A stretch of 64,000 nucleotides of DNA from a bacterium (GCA_018698675.1 JABIPA010000019.1:17902-81901), one strand, 5' to 3'. Positions 19,143-29,192 are shown, counted from the stretch's first letter. The notes: generated by a model from the sequence alone, not told the origin. Numbers and translations are program-made.

Positions 19143-19836
19143 ATAAATGTGTGAAACGTGGGTCCTCTTTTAGAAAATTTAATGTGTGAATTGGTGAAAT
19201 AGTGTCAGTATTCGATATAGGTGAGTGCTTGTTTTTTTGGTCTGATATTAGGTTTTTTAGGTCTTTTAACGTGTCTATGTCAGATAGTTTTGGGAGGATA
19301 TGAATAGTCTTGTTTTGGGAAAGAATTTTTGTTTTTGTTTCGTTGAAAACGGATTCAGTGCTCCAATTTATATCTTTAAAAATATTATCAAAAAACGCGT
19401 TTTTGTTTATACCTATTAAGTAGTAACCACCATCAAAGGCGGGTCCAATTACTGTATCATTTGTTTCAAGAGAGTCTGACGCTTTTTTAATTAAGGTTCC
19501 AGAAATTTGTGGCGAGTCGGTTCCAATTACGATGACCTTAGAATGCCCATTTTCAAACTCTTTCTTAAACGAATGAATGAGTTTCTCACCAAGGTTTCCA
19601 TCACATTGAAAATTGATTTCTAATGAGGTATTTAACCATTTTTCGTATGCGTTTAAAGATTCGTTTTTTTTTGCATAAATAACGGCGTCGATGTTGTTCG
19701 AGGTTATTGTATTTAAAACATCGGTCGTAAACTTTTTGTAGATTGATGAGGAAAAAGTCATTGAGGTATTCGTTCCGAGCCTCGATTTAACATCCCCGGG
19801 AGTGGGGTACTTTAAGAAAACAATGAGTTTTGTCAT
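19129..19836 (-). CDS. DUF2064 (TIGR04282-type) nucleotidyltransferase/glycosyltransferase-like protein
   Basis: N-terminal KLIVFLKYPTPGDVKSRLG and C-terminal GPAFDGGYYLIGI...INWSTESV match the DUF2064 consensus (PxPGxVKTRL ... PAxDGGYyLlG ... idWsT). Confidence 0.55.
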   Translation of the reverse strand: MTKLIVFLKYPTPGDVKSRLGTNTSMTFSSSIYKKFTTDVLNTITSNNIDAVIYAKKNESLNAYEKWLNTSLEINFQCDGNLGEKLIHSFKKEFENGHSKVIVIGTDSPQISGTLIKKASDSLETNDTVIGPAFDGGYYLIGINKNAFFDNIFKDINWSTESVFNETKTKILSQNKTIHILPKLSDIDTLKDLKNLISDQKNKHSPISNTDTISPIHTLNFLKEDPRFTHLFDDK

Positions 19837-19922
19837 TTGATAAGTTTATTTTTCAACAATAATCTTTTCAAGGGTTTTTTGAAAATACGCTTAAACGTAT
19901 ACCTTAATATCCACGCGATTAT

Positions 19923-20111
19923 TTATTGAGCTCTTTGTAGTTTTTTATAGAATATTGTTTGGAAGTCTTTATCTTCTGTTTGGGAAGACAGGTGCGAAAT
20001 TAAATGACCTAATATTAATTTTGCCGCCGATGACTCATGAACGTCTAGATGTCCTGATTGTTTTGGTTTTTTGAATAATTTGTTTTTTGATAATATTTTT
20101 TTTTTGGTCAT
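19923..20111 (-). CDS. Small basic hypothetical protein (62 aa); may be non-coding
   Basis: ORF only. K-rich N-terminus. No RBS or motif support. Confidence 0.15.
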   Translation of the reverse strand: MTKKKILSKNKLFKKPKQSGHLDVHESSAAKLILGHLISHLSSQTEDKDFQTIFYKKLQRAQ

Positions 20112-20192
20112 AGCTTTCCCCTTTTTCTTTCTGCCCTTGCTATCTCTGATACATTTTTTTTATGTTAAATAATGTTTTATCAACTTTCTTTT

Positions 20193-20666
20193 CTATTTTT
20201 TGTTTAAATGAATTTCTTGTCGGATTGGTGTCTGTGAATGTTTAAATTTAAATTTCACTTTTCTATGGCAATACATTCGTAGTTTGTTTTTTTCTAAGTC
20301 ATCAAATATTTGAATGATGTAATGAATAAAAAGAAGGTTGTACGTATAGTTTGATGGCACGCCATCCAGTGTTAGTTTTTCATTTTTAAAATTGTATAAA
20401 AATATATGCTTTGCTTTTAATGTATCTACGCTTAATTTGACTTCAGTTCGTGAGATCATCATGTCAAAATTTATAGGGTGACTTTTTTCTTCTTGAGTAA
20501 TGAATAATTTATCAACTTTCCTTGTAAACGAATCTTTAAAAATATTTTTTATTAAAATTGAAAGGGGAGGTGCGATGGTAGATGTCGTTTCAAGACCTTT
20601 TTGTAGCTCTTTTGTTTTAAAAATGTTAATATCTACCGCTAAATATTGGGTGTCATTTGTGTTCAA
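20193..20666 (-). CDS. Hypothetical protein (157 aa)
   Basis: ORF with a plausible start. No recognisable motif. Confidence 0.3.
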   Translation of the reverse strand: MNTNDTQYLAVDINIFKTKELQKGLETTSTIAPPLSILIKNIFKDSFTRKVDKLFITQEEKSHPINFDMMISRTEVKLSVDTLKAKHIFLYNFKNEKLTLDGVPSNYTYNLLFIHYIIQIFDDLEKNKLRMYCHRKVKFKFKHSQTPIRQEIHLNKK

Positions 20667-20774
20667 TTTTTGATCCTTTTATAGTGATTTTTTGAAAATA
20701 GCAAAAGATGCTATTACTAAATAAATACCCAGTACATTAATTGTTAAAACATGTTTTTTTTGGAGGATGTTGTT

Positions 20775-22178
20775 ATGAGTAAAGAATTTGATTTAATTGT
20801 TATAGGTGGAGGGCCTGGTGGCTATGTTGGTGCAATTCGTGGTGCACAACTCGGTCAATCGGTGGCTATTGTTGAAATTAGGAAAACACTAGGTGGAACG
20901 TGTCTCAATGTAGGATGTATACCTTCGAAAGCATTATTAGACTCAAGTGAACATTATTTTCAGGCAAAAAATGATTTTAAAGTTCATGGTCTTAATATAA
21001 AAGGACTAAGTATAGATTTTAAACAGATGATTCAAAGAAAGAATGACGTTGTTACTCAAACTACTGGTGGGATTGATTTCTTGATGAAGAAAAATAAAAT
21101 CCAACGGTTTTATGGAGAAGGATCTTTTGTGGATGGTAATACTATTCAAATTAAAGACGGTAAATCTGTCGAGACTATTAAGGGGAAATCAATATTGATA
21201 GCGACTGGTTCCGAGACAACGCCTCTTCCTCCTGTTCCTTTTGATGGAAAGCAAATTATTTCGTCTGATGAGGCATTATCTTTATCTAAGATTCCTAAAT
21301 CGATGTCTATCGTTGGGGGCGGGGTAATTGGTGTTGAAATGGGATCAATATTTGCGAGATTAGGCACTAAAGTTACTATTGTTGAATTTATGGACCGCTT
21401 GCTCCCAACTATGGATAAACAGCTCGGTAAAACCTTAGAACGTTCTCTTAAAAAACTTGATATGACGTTTCATTTTAAAACTAAGGTGACTGGTTTTAAG
21501 AAAACGAAGTCTTCTGTCGAATTAAATGCTGAAGATAAAAAAGGTGAATCGGTTTCTATTAAGAGTGATTTAGTATTAGTGGCAATAGGACGACGTCCGT
21601 TTACAAAAGGGCTTGGATTAGACAAAATTTCGGTATCATTGGACGAAAGAGGCCGTGTACCAGTTGATTCTAATTATCAAACAAAGGCAGCCGGTGTTTA
21701 TGCAATTGGAGATGTTATCGAAGGACCTATGTTAGCTCATAAGGCTTCAGAAGAGGCAGCTGTCTGTATCGAAAAAATTGCTGGGCAGAAGCCTCATTTA
21801 AATTATCAAGCAATTCCAGGTGTTGTTTATACTTGGCCAGAAGTAGCCTCTGTTGGGTATACCGAAGAAGAATTGAACGAGAAAAAAATTGCGTTTAAAA
21901 AAGGAAGCTTTCCTTTTAAAGCAAGTGGACGAGCAAGAGCTGCAGAAGAATCTGAAGGATTTGTTAAAGTTTTAGCAGATAAAGAAACAGACGAAGTTTT
22001 AGGCGTTCATATGATTGGCCCTAGAGTTTCCGATATGATTGGCGAAGGTGTTTTAGCTATAGAGTACAGAGCTTCAGCTGAAGATCTTGGTAGTATTGTT
22101 CATGCGCATCCAACATTTTCTGAAGCATTGAAAGAAGCTGGTCTTGGAGCTACAGCTAATCGAGCTATTCATATTTAA
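20775..22178 (+). CDS. lpdA: Dihydrolipoyl dehydrogenase (E3)
   Basis: FAD motif GGGPGGYVGAIR, redox-active disulfide GGTCLNVGCIPSK, NAD motif GGGVIGVEMG, C-terminal HAHPTFSE. Start moved to ATG 20775 because GGAGG sits 9 nt upstream. The 20751 ATG gives a non-conserved MFFLEDVV extension. Confidence 0.9.
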   Translation: MSKEFDLIVIGGGPGGYVGAIRGAQLGQSVAIVEIRKTLGGTCLNVGCIPSKALLDSSEHYFQAKNDFKVHGLNIKGLSIDFKQMIQRKNDVVTQTTGGIDFLMKKNKIQRFYGEGSFVDGNTIQIKDGKSVETIKGKSILIATGSETTPLPPVPFDGKQIISSDEALSLSKIPKSMSIVGGGVIGVEMGSIFARLGTKVTIVEFMDRLLPTMDKQLGKTLERSLKKLDMTFHFKTKVTGFKKTKSSVELNAEDKKGESVSIKSDLVLVAIGRRPFTKGLGLDKISVSLDERGRVPVDSNYQTKAAGVYAIGDVIEGPMLAHKASEEAAVCIEKIAGQKPHLNYQAIPGVVYTWPEVASVGYTEEELNEKKIAFKKGSFPFKASGRARAAEESEGFVKVLADKETDEVLGVHMIGPRVSDMIGEGVLAIEYRASAEDLGSIVHAHPTFSEALKEAGLGATANRAIHI

Positions 22179-22200
22179 AACCGTTTATTTAATTTGTTGG

Positions 22201-22249
22201 AAATCTTTACCTATGTAACTTTAGTAGTTAAATGGGTGAAGATTTTTTT
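22201..22249 (+). terminator. Putative intrinsic terminator after lpdA
   Basis: aaatctttacc ... ggtgaagattt forms an 11-bp stem with one G-U pair, followed by TTTTTTT. The roughly 23-nt loop is long, so this is weak. Confidence 0.3.
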
Positions 22250-22296
22250 GGTGACTCGAAATAGAGTTATTTAGTTAATTTAAAGGTAGTGAAATT

Positions 22297-22971
22297 GTGA
22301 AAAAAATTCTTAAGTTCGGATTGATATTATTTTTAGCTTTGTTTGTTATTTTAGTTGTAAAAATGGGATGGTTGTCTCATCTTTCGCTTGATTCTATCAA
22401 GGCAAATCAATCTCAATTGAGTTCTTATTATGAAGACCATCAATTCCTATTTATTTTGGTTTATATGTTGATTTATATTATTTCGACAGCATTATCGTTA
22501 CCTGGTGCTACCGTTCTTACGTTGCTAGGAGGGGCTCTGTTTGGAGCATTACTTGGCTCACTTGTTGTGATTTTTAGCGCTACAGTTGGAGCGTCCTTGG
22601 CTTTTTTAAGTGCACGGTTTGTTTTTAGAGACATTTTAGAGGGGAAATATAAATCTACTTTAGATACGTTTAATGAAAAATTGAAAAATAATGATTTTCA
22701 GTATTTGTTATTTTTAAGACTTGTTCCGGCCTTTCCCTTTTTTCTTATTAATTTGGTTATGGGTTTAACTCGTATGAGATTGAGTACATTTTTTTTAGGA
22801 AGTGCCATTGGAATGTTTCCTGGTTCGTTTGTTTTTTGTAATGCCGGAAAGCAATTGAGTACTATTTCATCTTTAAATGATCTTGTTTCAGGTCAATTGC
22901 TGTTCGCTTTTTCACTTCTTGGATGTTTAGCATTAGCTCCTTCTGTGTATAAAAAATTTAAGTCAAAGTGA
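22297..22971 (+). CDS. DedA/TVP38 (SNARE-associated) family membrane protein
   Basis: Multi-TM. DedA-type motif LVPAFPFFLINLVMGLTRMRLSTFFLGSAIGMFPG. Confidence 0.7.
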   Translation: MKKILKFGLILFLALFVILVVKMGWLSHLSLDSIKANQSQLSSYYEDHQFLFILVYMLIYIISTALSLPGATVLTLLGGALFGALLGSLVVIFSATVGASLAFLSARFVFRDILEGKYKSTLDTFNEKLKNNDFQYLLFLRLVPAFPFFLINLVMGLTRMRLSTFFLGSAIGMFPGSFVFCNAGKQLSTISSLNDLVSGQLLFAFSLLGCLALAPSVYKKFKSK

Positions 22972-23006
22972 TTGTGAAAAAAGATTTGTTAGGTTAAGAT
23001 AAAATT

Positions 23007-23279
23007 ATGTCAATCCAAAATTTAGGTCAGCCTTTAGCCAATAATAATATCGGTCCTTTAAACAATGCCGGTGAAGTTGGGTCTGTTTTATTAAATTTCA
23101 ATCAAAAAAAGGTTAAAGTTGAAAAAGGCGGCGTCAAGGAAATGGCAAGAGGATTGGCTAAGATTATGAAGGATCTTGGGGAAACGAATGATGAAGAAAA
23201 ATTTGCAGAAGACATTACAGAAGATCTAATGGAAGCGTTTAAGAAAGTAAAAGAGCGTCAAGAAAAAAAGAATAAATAA
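23007..23279 (+). CDS. Small hypothetical protein (90 aa), Lys/Glu-rich C-terminus
   Basis: ORF only. Confidence 0.3.
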   Translation: MSIQNLGQPLANNNIGPLNNAGEVGSVLLNFNQKKVKVEKGGVKEMARGLAKIMKDLGETNDEEKFAEDITEDLMEAFKKVKERQEKKNK

Positions 23280-23286
23280 AAGATTA

Positions 23287-25389
23287 TTATCTTTTTTGAA
23301 GCTGTGATTGAATGCAGCGAAGAAATGACAGTATTAACTCCGGAAGTCTACCAAATCTATCCTCCATTTCATTAAATAAATCCTCGATTTCATCTTTGTA
23401 TTTAAACGATAATAGGCGTTGATAAATCGATAATCGCTCGTTTTCGCATGGAATGTAATCGGTTGGAAAATAGGTCATGATGTCAGCAGCAAATCGAACT
23501 GGTCTTTTTTTAGCTTCTTTTTTTGTTTGAGTGATATTCTCGACGGCAGTTTCTAATAATTTACAATAGAGTTCGAATCCGATTGAGGTCATGTGACCAT
23601 GTTGTTTGTTTCCTAAAAGTGTTCCAGAACCCCTTATTTCCAAATCTTTCAAAGCTAGTTGGTATCCTGACCCTAGGGCAGCATACGCCTGAATTGCATT
23701 TAATCTGTTTTTTCCTTTTTCTGTGATTCTCTCTGGGTTGAAAAGTAAGTAGGCAAAGCTTTGTCTGTTTGAGCGACCGACACGGCCCCGAAGTTGATGT
23801 ATTTGAGAAAGCCCAAGATATTCTGTTTTTTCTACGATTATTGTATTTGCGTTAGGTAAATCAATTCCCGATTCAATTATTGTAGAACAAAGAAGAATAT
23901 TTGTTTTTCCGGATTTGAAGTCTGTGAATATTTGTTTTAGGTCTTTTTCATTCATTTGCCCGTGTGCCATTTGAACAGATAGATCTGGGAACGTATGTCT
24001 TAATTTTACAAGTTTTGAATCCATTGTTTGGACATTGTTATAGAGGTAAAAAATTTGGCCGTTTCTCTCGATTTCTTTGTTAACGGCTCGTTTAACAACG
24101 TCATTTTTATAAGGAGCGACGTATGTTAGTACAGGTTTTCTATTCGTTGGAGGTGTTTTGATGAGAGATAAGTCTCTTGCTCCTGATAAGGCCATATATA
24201 GTGTTCTTGGTATTGGAGTGGCGCTTATAGATAGAAAGTCTACAAGGGGGTGTTTATGTTTTATTTTTTCTTTATGGGTAACTCCAAAACGTTGTTCTTC
24301 ATCGATAACAAGTAATCCTAAATCAGAAAACTCTATATCTTTTTGTAATAAACGGTGAGTACCAATAACGACATGTATTTTGTTTTCTTTTAGTTTTTCG
24401 ATAGTATTTTTTTGATTTTGTTTTGGTTGCATTCTAGAAAGAATTCCTATTTTTATTGGGAAGTTGATAAATCTTTTTTTGAATGTTTGATAGTGTTGAT
24501 CTGCTAGTAGAGTAGTCGGGGCAATAATTGCTACTTGTTTATTGTTTTCCGCTGCTTTAAAGGCTGCTCTTAATACAATTTCTGTTTTTCCGTACCCAAC
24601 ATCTCCACAGATTAGTCGTTCCATAGGAGCTGTTGATTCCATGTCTTTTTTAACTTGTTCAATAGATAGTAACTGATCTCTTGTTTCTTTGAATTCAAAC
24701 TCTTGTTCAAAATCTATTTGGTTTTCAGTATCTTCTTGAAATGGGAATCCTGGTTTTGATTGTCGGATTTTGAAGGTCATTACAACTTCTTTTGCTAGTT
24801 TAATTATTTGTTTTTCGGCTTTTTGTATGTTTTTTTGCCATGATCCATCATGTAATTTTCCAATTTTTGGAGAATCTGCGTTTGCGTATTTATGGACAAG
24901 GTTCATTTGTTCAAAGGGGACGTATACTTTGTCTTCTCCTTGATATTGAATGTGAATGAAGTCTCCGTCTCGACCACACACCGTCAGATGTTTTAGGCCT
25001 TTGTAAACTCCGATTCCGAATGTCTCGTGGACAACGAAATCTCCGCTTTGAAGCTGATTGAATAAATTTTCATTTTTAGGGACATCGATAAATTCGAAGA
25101 AGGGCATTGATGTGGATGGTTCTTTATGTATTGTTGTTGATGTTAGAGATGTTACAGATCGTTGTGTAGCAATAGAAAAAGAACAGACCCTGTCTAAGTC
25201 ATTGCCAAAATACTCGAGTCTCAAAGGAAGGCTATGATCATAGCTAAAAATGTCTACGATCCCTCCACGTACGCAGAATTCTCCAGGTTTCATGAGCATT
25301 GTTACTCGCTCGTAGTTATTGTCGATTAATGTTTTTTTTAGTGTATCAAAAGATGGATATTCTTTTTTACTAATGTCTATCGTAATCAT
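23287..25389 (-). CDS. mfd: Transcription-repair coupling factor Mfd, short form (about 700 aa) lacking the N-terminal D1a/D2 UvrA-recruitment module
   Basis: RNAP-interacting CarD/TRCF domain GDFVVHETFGIGVYKGL. SF2 translocase motifs GDVGYGKTE (I), DEEQRFGV (II), SATPIPRTL, ESGIDLPNANTIIV (V), QLRGRVGRS (VI). Begins inside the UvrB-homology segment (RGGIVDIFSYDHSLPLRLEYFGNDLDRV). Only 132 bp separate it from the upstream GT2 gene. Confidence 0.8.
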   Translation of the reverse strand: MITIDISKKEYPSFDTLKKTLIDNNYERVTMLMKPGEFCVRGGIVDIFSYDHSLPLRLEYFGNDLDRVCSFSIATQRSVTSLTSTTIHKEPSTSMPFFEFIDVPKNENLFNQLQSGDFVVHETFGIGVYKGLKHLTVCGRDGDFIHIQYQGEDKVYVPFEQMNLVHKYANADSPKIGKLHDGSWQKNIQKAEKQIIKLAKEVVMTFKIRQSKPGFPFQEDTENQIDFEQEFEFKETRDQLLSIEQVKKDMESTAPMERLICGDVGYGKTEIVLRAAFKAAENNKQVAIIAPTTLLADQHYQTFKKRFINFPIKIGILSRMQPKQNQKNTIEKLKENKIHVVIGTHRLLQKDIEFSDLGLLVIDEEQRFGVTHKEKIKHKHPLVDFLSISATPIPRTLYMALSGARDLSLIKTPPTNRKPVLTYVAPYKNDVVKRAVNKEIERNGQIFYLYNNVQTMDSKLVKLRHTFPDLSVQMAHGQMNEKDLKQIFTDFKSGKTNILLCSTIIESGIDLPNANTIIVEKTEYLGLSQIHQLRGRVGRSNRQSFAYLLFNPERITEKGKNRLNAIQAYAALGSGYQLALKDLEIRGSGTLLGNKQHGHMTSIGFELYCKLLETAVENITQTKKEAKKRPVRFAADIMTYFPTDYIPCENERLSIYQRLLSFKYKDEIEDLFNEMEDRFGRLPELILSFLRCIQSQLQKR

Positions 25390-25521
25390 AATGATCGAAG
25401 GCTCAGGCTAACTTCCTTTACTTAAAATACTAATTTTTTCTTACTTTATTTAATTTTAGTAATATTTCTCTAGTTGTACAAATGTCTCTGAACATAATTA
25501 GAGTAGGCGTTTTATTTTTAT

Positions 25522-26454
25522 CTATTTCCTATAATAGGAAGACCATTTCTTTAGAATAGCTGGGTCTGATTGAGATGTGGAATTAGATATTCTGTATTTG
25601 AGTATATACGGTATTTTTTTTGCCGCTCTAATAATGGCTTTTATGTCCCGAAGTTGAATCGTTACTATTTTTAATAGAACTGTAAATATATGTGACAGTA
25701 CGAAGGGTGGATAGCTTAGGTTTTTCCACATAAATATATATAGATTGGCATCATGAATTTGCTCAATTTGCTTTTTAGAAAAATAAGATCCTATAGTTGC
25801 TTGATGTTGGTGAAAAAATGATGTTTCGGATGTATATAGTATTTGCCACCCTTGTTTCCAAGCACGATAACTAAGATCTAGATCTTCGCAATAAAAAGGA
25901 GAGAACGCCGTATCGAATCCAGACAAGGTAACGAATTTTTCCTTGTTTATGAAACATGCGCCTCCACAAGCCCAAAGAATTTGAAATGGTGATGTGTTTT
26001 TATGGTTTTCATAATCTGGAGTAACTTCGGATGAAAACCAACCACCTTTAAAATAACCCGTTGTAATCGCTTCGTTTATTATGATTCCAGACTTATCTTT
26101 CCGTTCTATTTTAGGAGAAAGGGCGAATAATGAAGGATCTTTGAATTGGTTTAATATGAATTCGAGGTTTAGTTTTTGGGGAAGCATGTCCGTATTTAAA
26201 AACAATAAGATGGACTCTTTGGCTTCTTTGGCCCCTTTATTACATGTATAACTAAACCCTTGGTTTTTTTTGTTTACGAGCACATTTATTTCGGGAAACG
26301 TTTCCTTCAAATATGTTACGCTATTATCAGTACTGGCATCATCAACAATAATTATATCTGTGATTCCCATCGACTTAAAAAATAAGAATGTATCGTTTAA
26401 ATGAGCCTTAAATAAGGCTTCTCCATTAAAATTAGGTAGGATCACTGAAATCAT
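25522..26454 (-). CDS. Family-2 glycosyltransferase
   Basis: N-terminal GT-A signature ISVILPNFNGEALF ... IIVDDASTDNS and DxD-like region. Confidence 0.75.
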   Translation of the reverse strand: MISVILPNFNGEALFKAHLNDTFLFFKSMGITDIIIVDDASTDNSVTYLKETFPEINVLVNKKNQGFSYTCNKGAKEAKESILLFLNTDMLPQKLNLEFILNQFKDPSLFALSPKIERKDKSGIIINEAITTGYFKGGWFSSEVTPDYENHKNTSPFQILWACGGACFINKEKFVTLSGFDTAFSPFYCEDLDLSYRAWKQGWQILYTSETSFFHQHQATIGSYFSKKQIEQIHDANLYIFMWKNLSYPPFVLSHIFTVLLKIVTIQLRDIKAIIRAAKKIPYILKYRISNSTSQSDPAILKKWSSYYRK

Positions 26455-26613
26455 AAATCGTAGTATATCATGATTTTGGATGTTTTTTTTTATTCAGGGT
26501 TTGTTTTGTTTTCGTGTTTGTTTTTGAATATTTTAATTAAATTAGATGTGTATTATTTTTTCGTTATATAGAAAGTAACGATTATGAAATGGTTATTTTA
26601 GTATAGGCGAATC

Positions 26614-27324
26614 TTACAAAGACTGATAAGCAAGGCTGAACGCAATAACTTGTTTGAAATTTAGATTTTTTGTCATTTTTTTTAGTTCGATTAGCGTTTG
26701 TCCCGTTGTACAGATGTCGTCGAATATGATTAGAGTCATGTTTTTGTTTTTACTATTTTTGTTTTTGGCTGTTATTGAAAATGCGTTATTTAGTTGTATG
26801 TATCTATTTTTTTTGTCTAACACAAATAGTGGTTTTGTATCTTTTATACGTGTGAAAAAATTAGGGTTAAAATTTATGTATTTGTTATTTTTTTGAAGGT
26901 CAATTATGTGTTCGGAGTAAATATCTAATACTATATTGTAACCTCTTTTCTCGAGCCTGTTTTTATGAGAGGGGACGATTGTCGTTAGTATTGGTCCAGA
27001 GATACTTTTAGTTAATGAATCTATTGCATTTTTTAGACCTTTTGATTTAGACCAAAATTGAATCATCTCTTTTTTATGATCAAATTTTATGGAGTGTAGG
27101 ATTTTTTTTATTTTTTGATAGTCTGTTGAATAATATATTTTTATGCTTGTATCGTTAAACGCGTTTTTTTCTCTTTTTAACAGAATATTTTTATTATTTA
27201 ATGAAAATTTTATTGATTCTTGGCATAAAGGACAGAATAAATCTCCAAGTTTATTGCATGAAATGCAAGATTCGGGAAATAAGAGGTTGAATATGCTTGA
27301 TAAGTAATCTAAAAATCGGTTCAT
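26614..27324 (-). CDS. comF: ComF-family protein (double zinc-ribbon plus phosphoribosyltransferase domain)
   Basis: N-terminal CxxC...CxxC (CISCNKLGDLFCPLCQ) and C-terminal PRTase motif LIIFDDICTTGQTL. Confidence 0.7.
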   Translation of the reverse strand: MNRFLDYLSSIFNLLFPESCISCNKLGDLFCPLCQESIKFSLNNKNILLKREKNAFNDTSIKIYYSTDYQKIKKILHSIKFDHKKEMIQFWSKSKGLKNAIDSLTKSISGPILTTIVPSHKNRLEKRGYNIVLDIYSEHIIDLQKNNKYINFNPNFFTRIKDTKPLFVLDKKNRYIQLNNAFSITAKNKNSKNKNMTLIIFDDICTTGQTLIELKKMTKNLNFKQVIAFSLAYQSL

Positions 27325-27701
27325 GTATAGTATCTTACAGTTAGGTCGTATAAAATAAAATAAAATATTTTTCTTACGTAATAATCGATTCTCCTCAATT
27401 TTATTGTTGATATTTTTTCTTAAATATTTTAGTAGAACTATGTCACTTATGCTTAACTCGTTTTCTGTACGAATTAGGTAGTGGGATAGATAGTAGGAAT
27501 CTTTAACTTTATACTCGTGACAACGGGGACTTAATAGCGGTTCTGATTCTTTTTCGTTTTGTTTTTAGTGATATATTTTTTTAAAAATTTGATGTATAGA
27601 TGTGGGAGCATTTTTGTTGTTTTTTATTAAGTACCTAATTGTTCAATATATTTATTAAATTCTCTTTTTTTTATACGTGATTGGAGGTATGATATCGACA
27701 T

Positions 27702-28358
27702 ATGATTATTGCGCCTTCAATACTTGCAGCGGATTTCTCAAAATTAGGGGATGAAGTATCATCTGTTCTCCAAGCAGGTGCAGACTGGGTTCATATTGAT
27801 GTTATGGATAATCACTATGTTCCTAACTTAACAATTGGACCTCTTATTCCTTCTTCTTTAAGAAAATCTGGAATTAATGCATTCTTTGATGTGCATTTAA
27901 TGATAAAGCCGGTTGATCTAATTATTCCTGAATTTGCTAAGGCAGGTGCTAATTTAATTACGGTTCATCCAGAAACAACGGAACATCTTCATCGAACGCT
28001 CCAGTTGATAAAGTCACTTGGTTGTAAAGCGGGCGTAGCGTTTAATCCGTCCACCCCCTTGTCATATTTGGACTATATAATGGATTCAGTTGATTTGATT
28101 TTGATTATGTCAGTTAACCCTGGTTTTGGTGGACAGTCTTTTATTCCGTCTTCATACGACAAAATAAGAGAAGTTCGTTCATTGATAGAACAGTCAGGAA
28201 GAGATATTTCATTGCAAGTTGATGGTGGAGTTAAGGTCTCTAATATTAAAGATGTTAGAGATGCAGGGGCTGATAACTTTGTAATGGGTTCTGCTATTTT
28301 TAGTACCACTGATTACCAAAAAACAATTTCCGATGTTCGTCATGAGCTTTCTCGATAA
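27702..28358 (+). CDS. rpe: Ribulose-phosphate 3-epimerase
   Basis: [16 protein letters not shown]...[22 protein letters not shown] and ...[12 protein letters not shown] (TIM-barrel Rpe signatures). Confidence 0.9.
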   Translation: MIIAPSILAADFSKLGDEVSSVLQAGADWVHIDVMDNHYVPNLTIGPLIPSSLRKSGINAFFDVHLMIKPVDLIIPEFAKAGANLITVHPETTEHLHRTLQLIKSLGCKAGVAFNPSTPLSYLDYIMDSVDLILIMSVNPGFGGQSFIPSSYDKIREVRSLIEQSGRDISLQVDGGVKVSNIKDVRDAGADNFVMGSAIFSTTDYQKTISDVRHELSR

Positions 28359-28397
28359 TTTTCTTCTTTATATTTTTAAACCCTCTAATTATTTATA

Positions 28398-29192
28398 ATG
28401 TTTCTCTTTAATACGACAAAACAATCTGATCAAGAAATTGAAGAACTTTCATATTTGGAACGTTTAGTTTCTGTTGAAAAAAGAAATCGTAGAACCTTTT
28501 GTATAAAGGTTGAGTCGTCTAATAAAATTGTCCTTTTGTCACCTAAGAGGGCTTCAAAAAAAGATATTCAGTTTGTTTTGAAGCGGCACAAAAAATGGTT
28601 GGATATTCAAATTGAAAAGAAAAAGAAAATGGAAACTGAACTTCAACAAGGTCAATTTGTTTCTGGACGACATGTATTTTTATTCGGGTCTACGTATCAA
28701 TTGCAAATTATGTCAGGTGGATCTGATGCTATTTTTATATTAGGTAAAAAGATAGTTGTAGAGGTTGATTGTAGAAAAGTAATCGATGGGAAAAATGTTA
28801 GCGATATTTCGAATGAAGAAGATAGTGATATCTTGATTCAAGAACATATTCAGATACGTTTAACAGAATGGTATAAAGAGATGGCTAAAGAATTTTTGGC
28901 TGAAAGGACTATTGAACTTGCTACTCGGTTTAGATTTAAAGTAAATACAATTCGAATAAAATCGATGAAAACCAGGTGGGGGAGTTGTTCCTCAAAAAAT
29001 AATATTAACTTATGTTATAGATTAATAATGGCCCCCAAAGACGTTATTGATTACGTTATTATTCATGAACTATGCCATTTGAAAGAAATGAACCATTCAC
29101 ATAAATTTTGGAGATTGGTAGAGTCAATTTGCCCTACCTATGTCGATGATAAAAATTGGTTGAAAGTTAATGGATTTAAGTTAATTCTTTAA
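28398..29192 (+). CDS. YgjP/DUF45-family predicted zinc metallohydrolase
   Basis: C-terminal HExxH-type motif VIIHELCHLKEMNHSHKFWRLVE, characteristic of the UPF0054/DUF45 family. Confidence 0.65.
   Translation: MFLFNTTKQSDQEIEELSYLERLVSVEKRNRRTFCIKVESSNKIVLLSPKRASKKDIQFVLKRHKKWLDIQIEKKKKMETELQQGQFVSGRHVFLFGSTYQLQIMSGGSDAIFILGKKIVVEVDCRKVIDGKNVSDISNEEDSDILIQEHIQIRLTEWYKEMAKEFLAERTIELATRFRFKVNTIRIKSMKTRWGSCSSKNNINLCYRLIMAPKDVIDYVIIHELCHLKEMNHSHKFWRLVESICPTYVDDKNWLKVNGFKLIL

Noticed and set aside
20751-20774. Upstream ATG start for lpdA giving an MFFLEDVV N-terminal extension
   Set aside because: The GGAGG RBS lies inside this extension and is optimally spaced for ATG 20775. The conserved FAD fold begins at MSKEFDLIVIGGG.
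23287-25389. Considered calling the 700-aa helicase RecG (the right size) rather than Mfd
   Set aside because: It contains a CarD/TRCF RNAP-interacting domain (GDFVVHETFGIGVYKGL) and a UvrB-homology segment, which RecG lacks. RecG's N-terminal wedge domain is absent.
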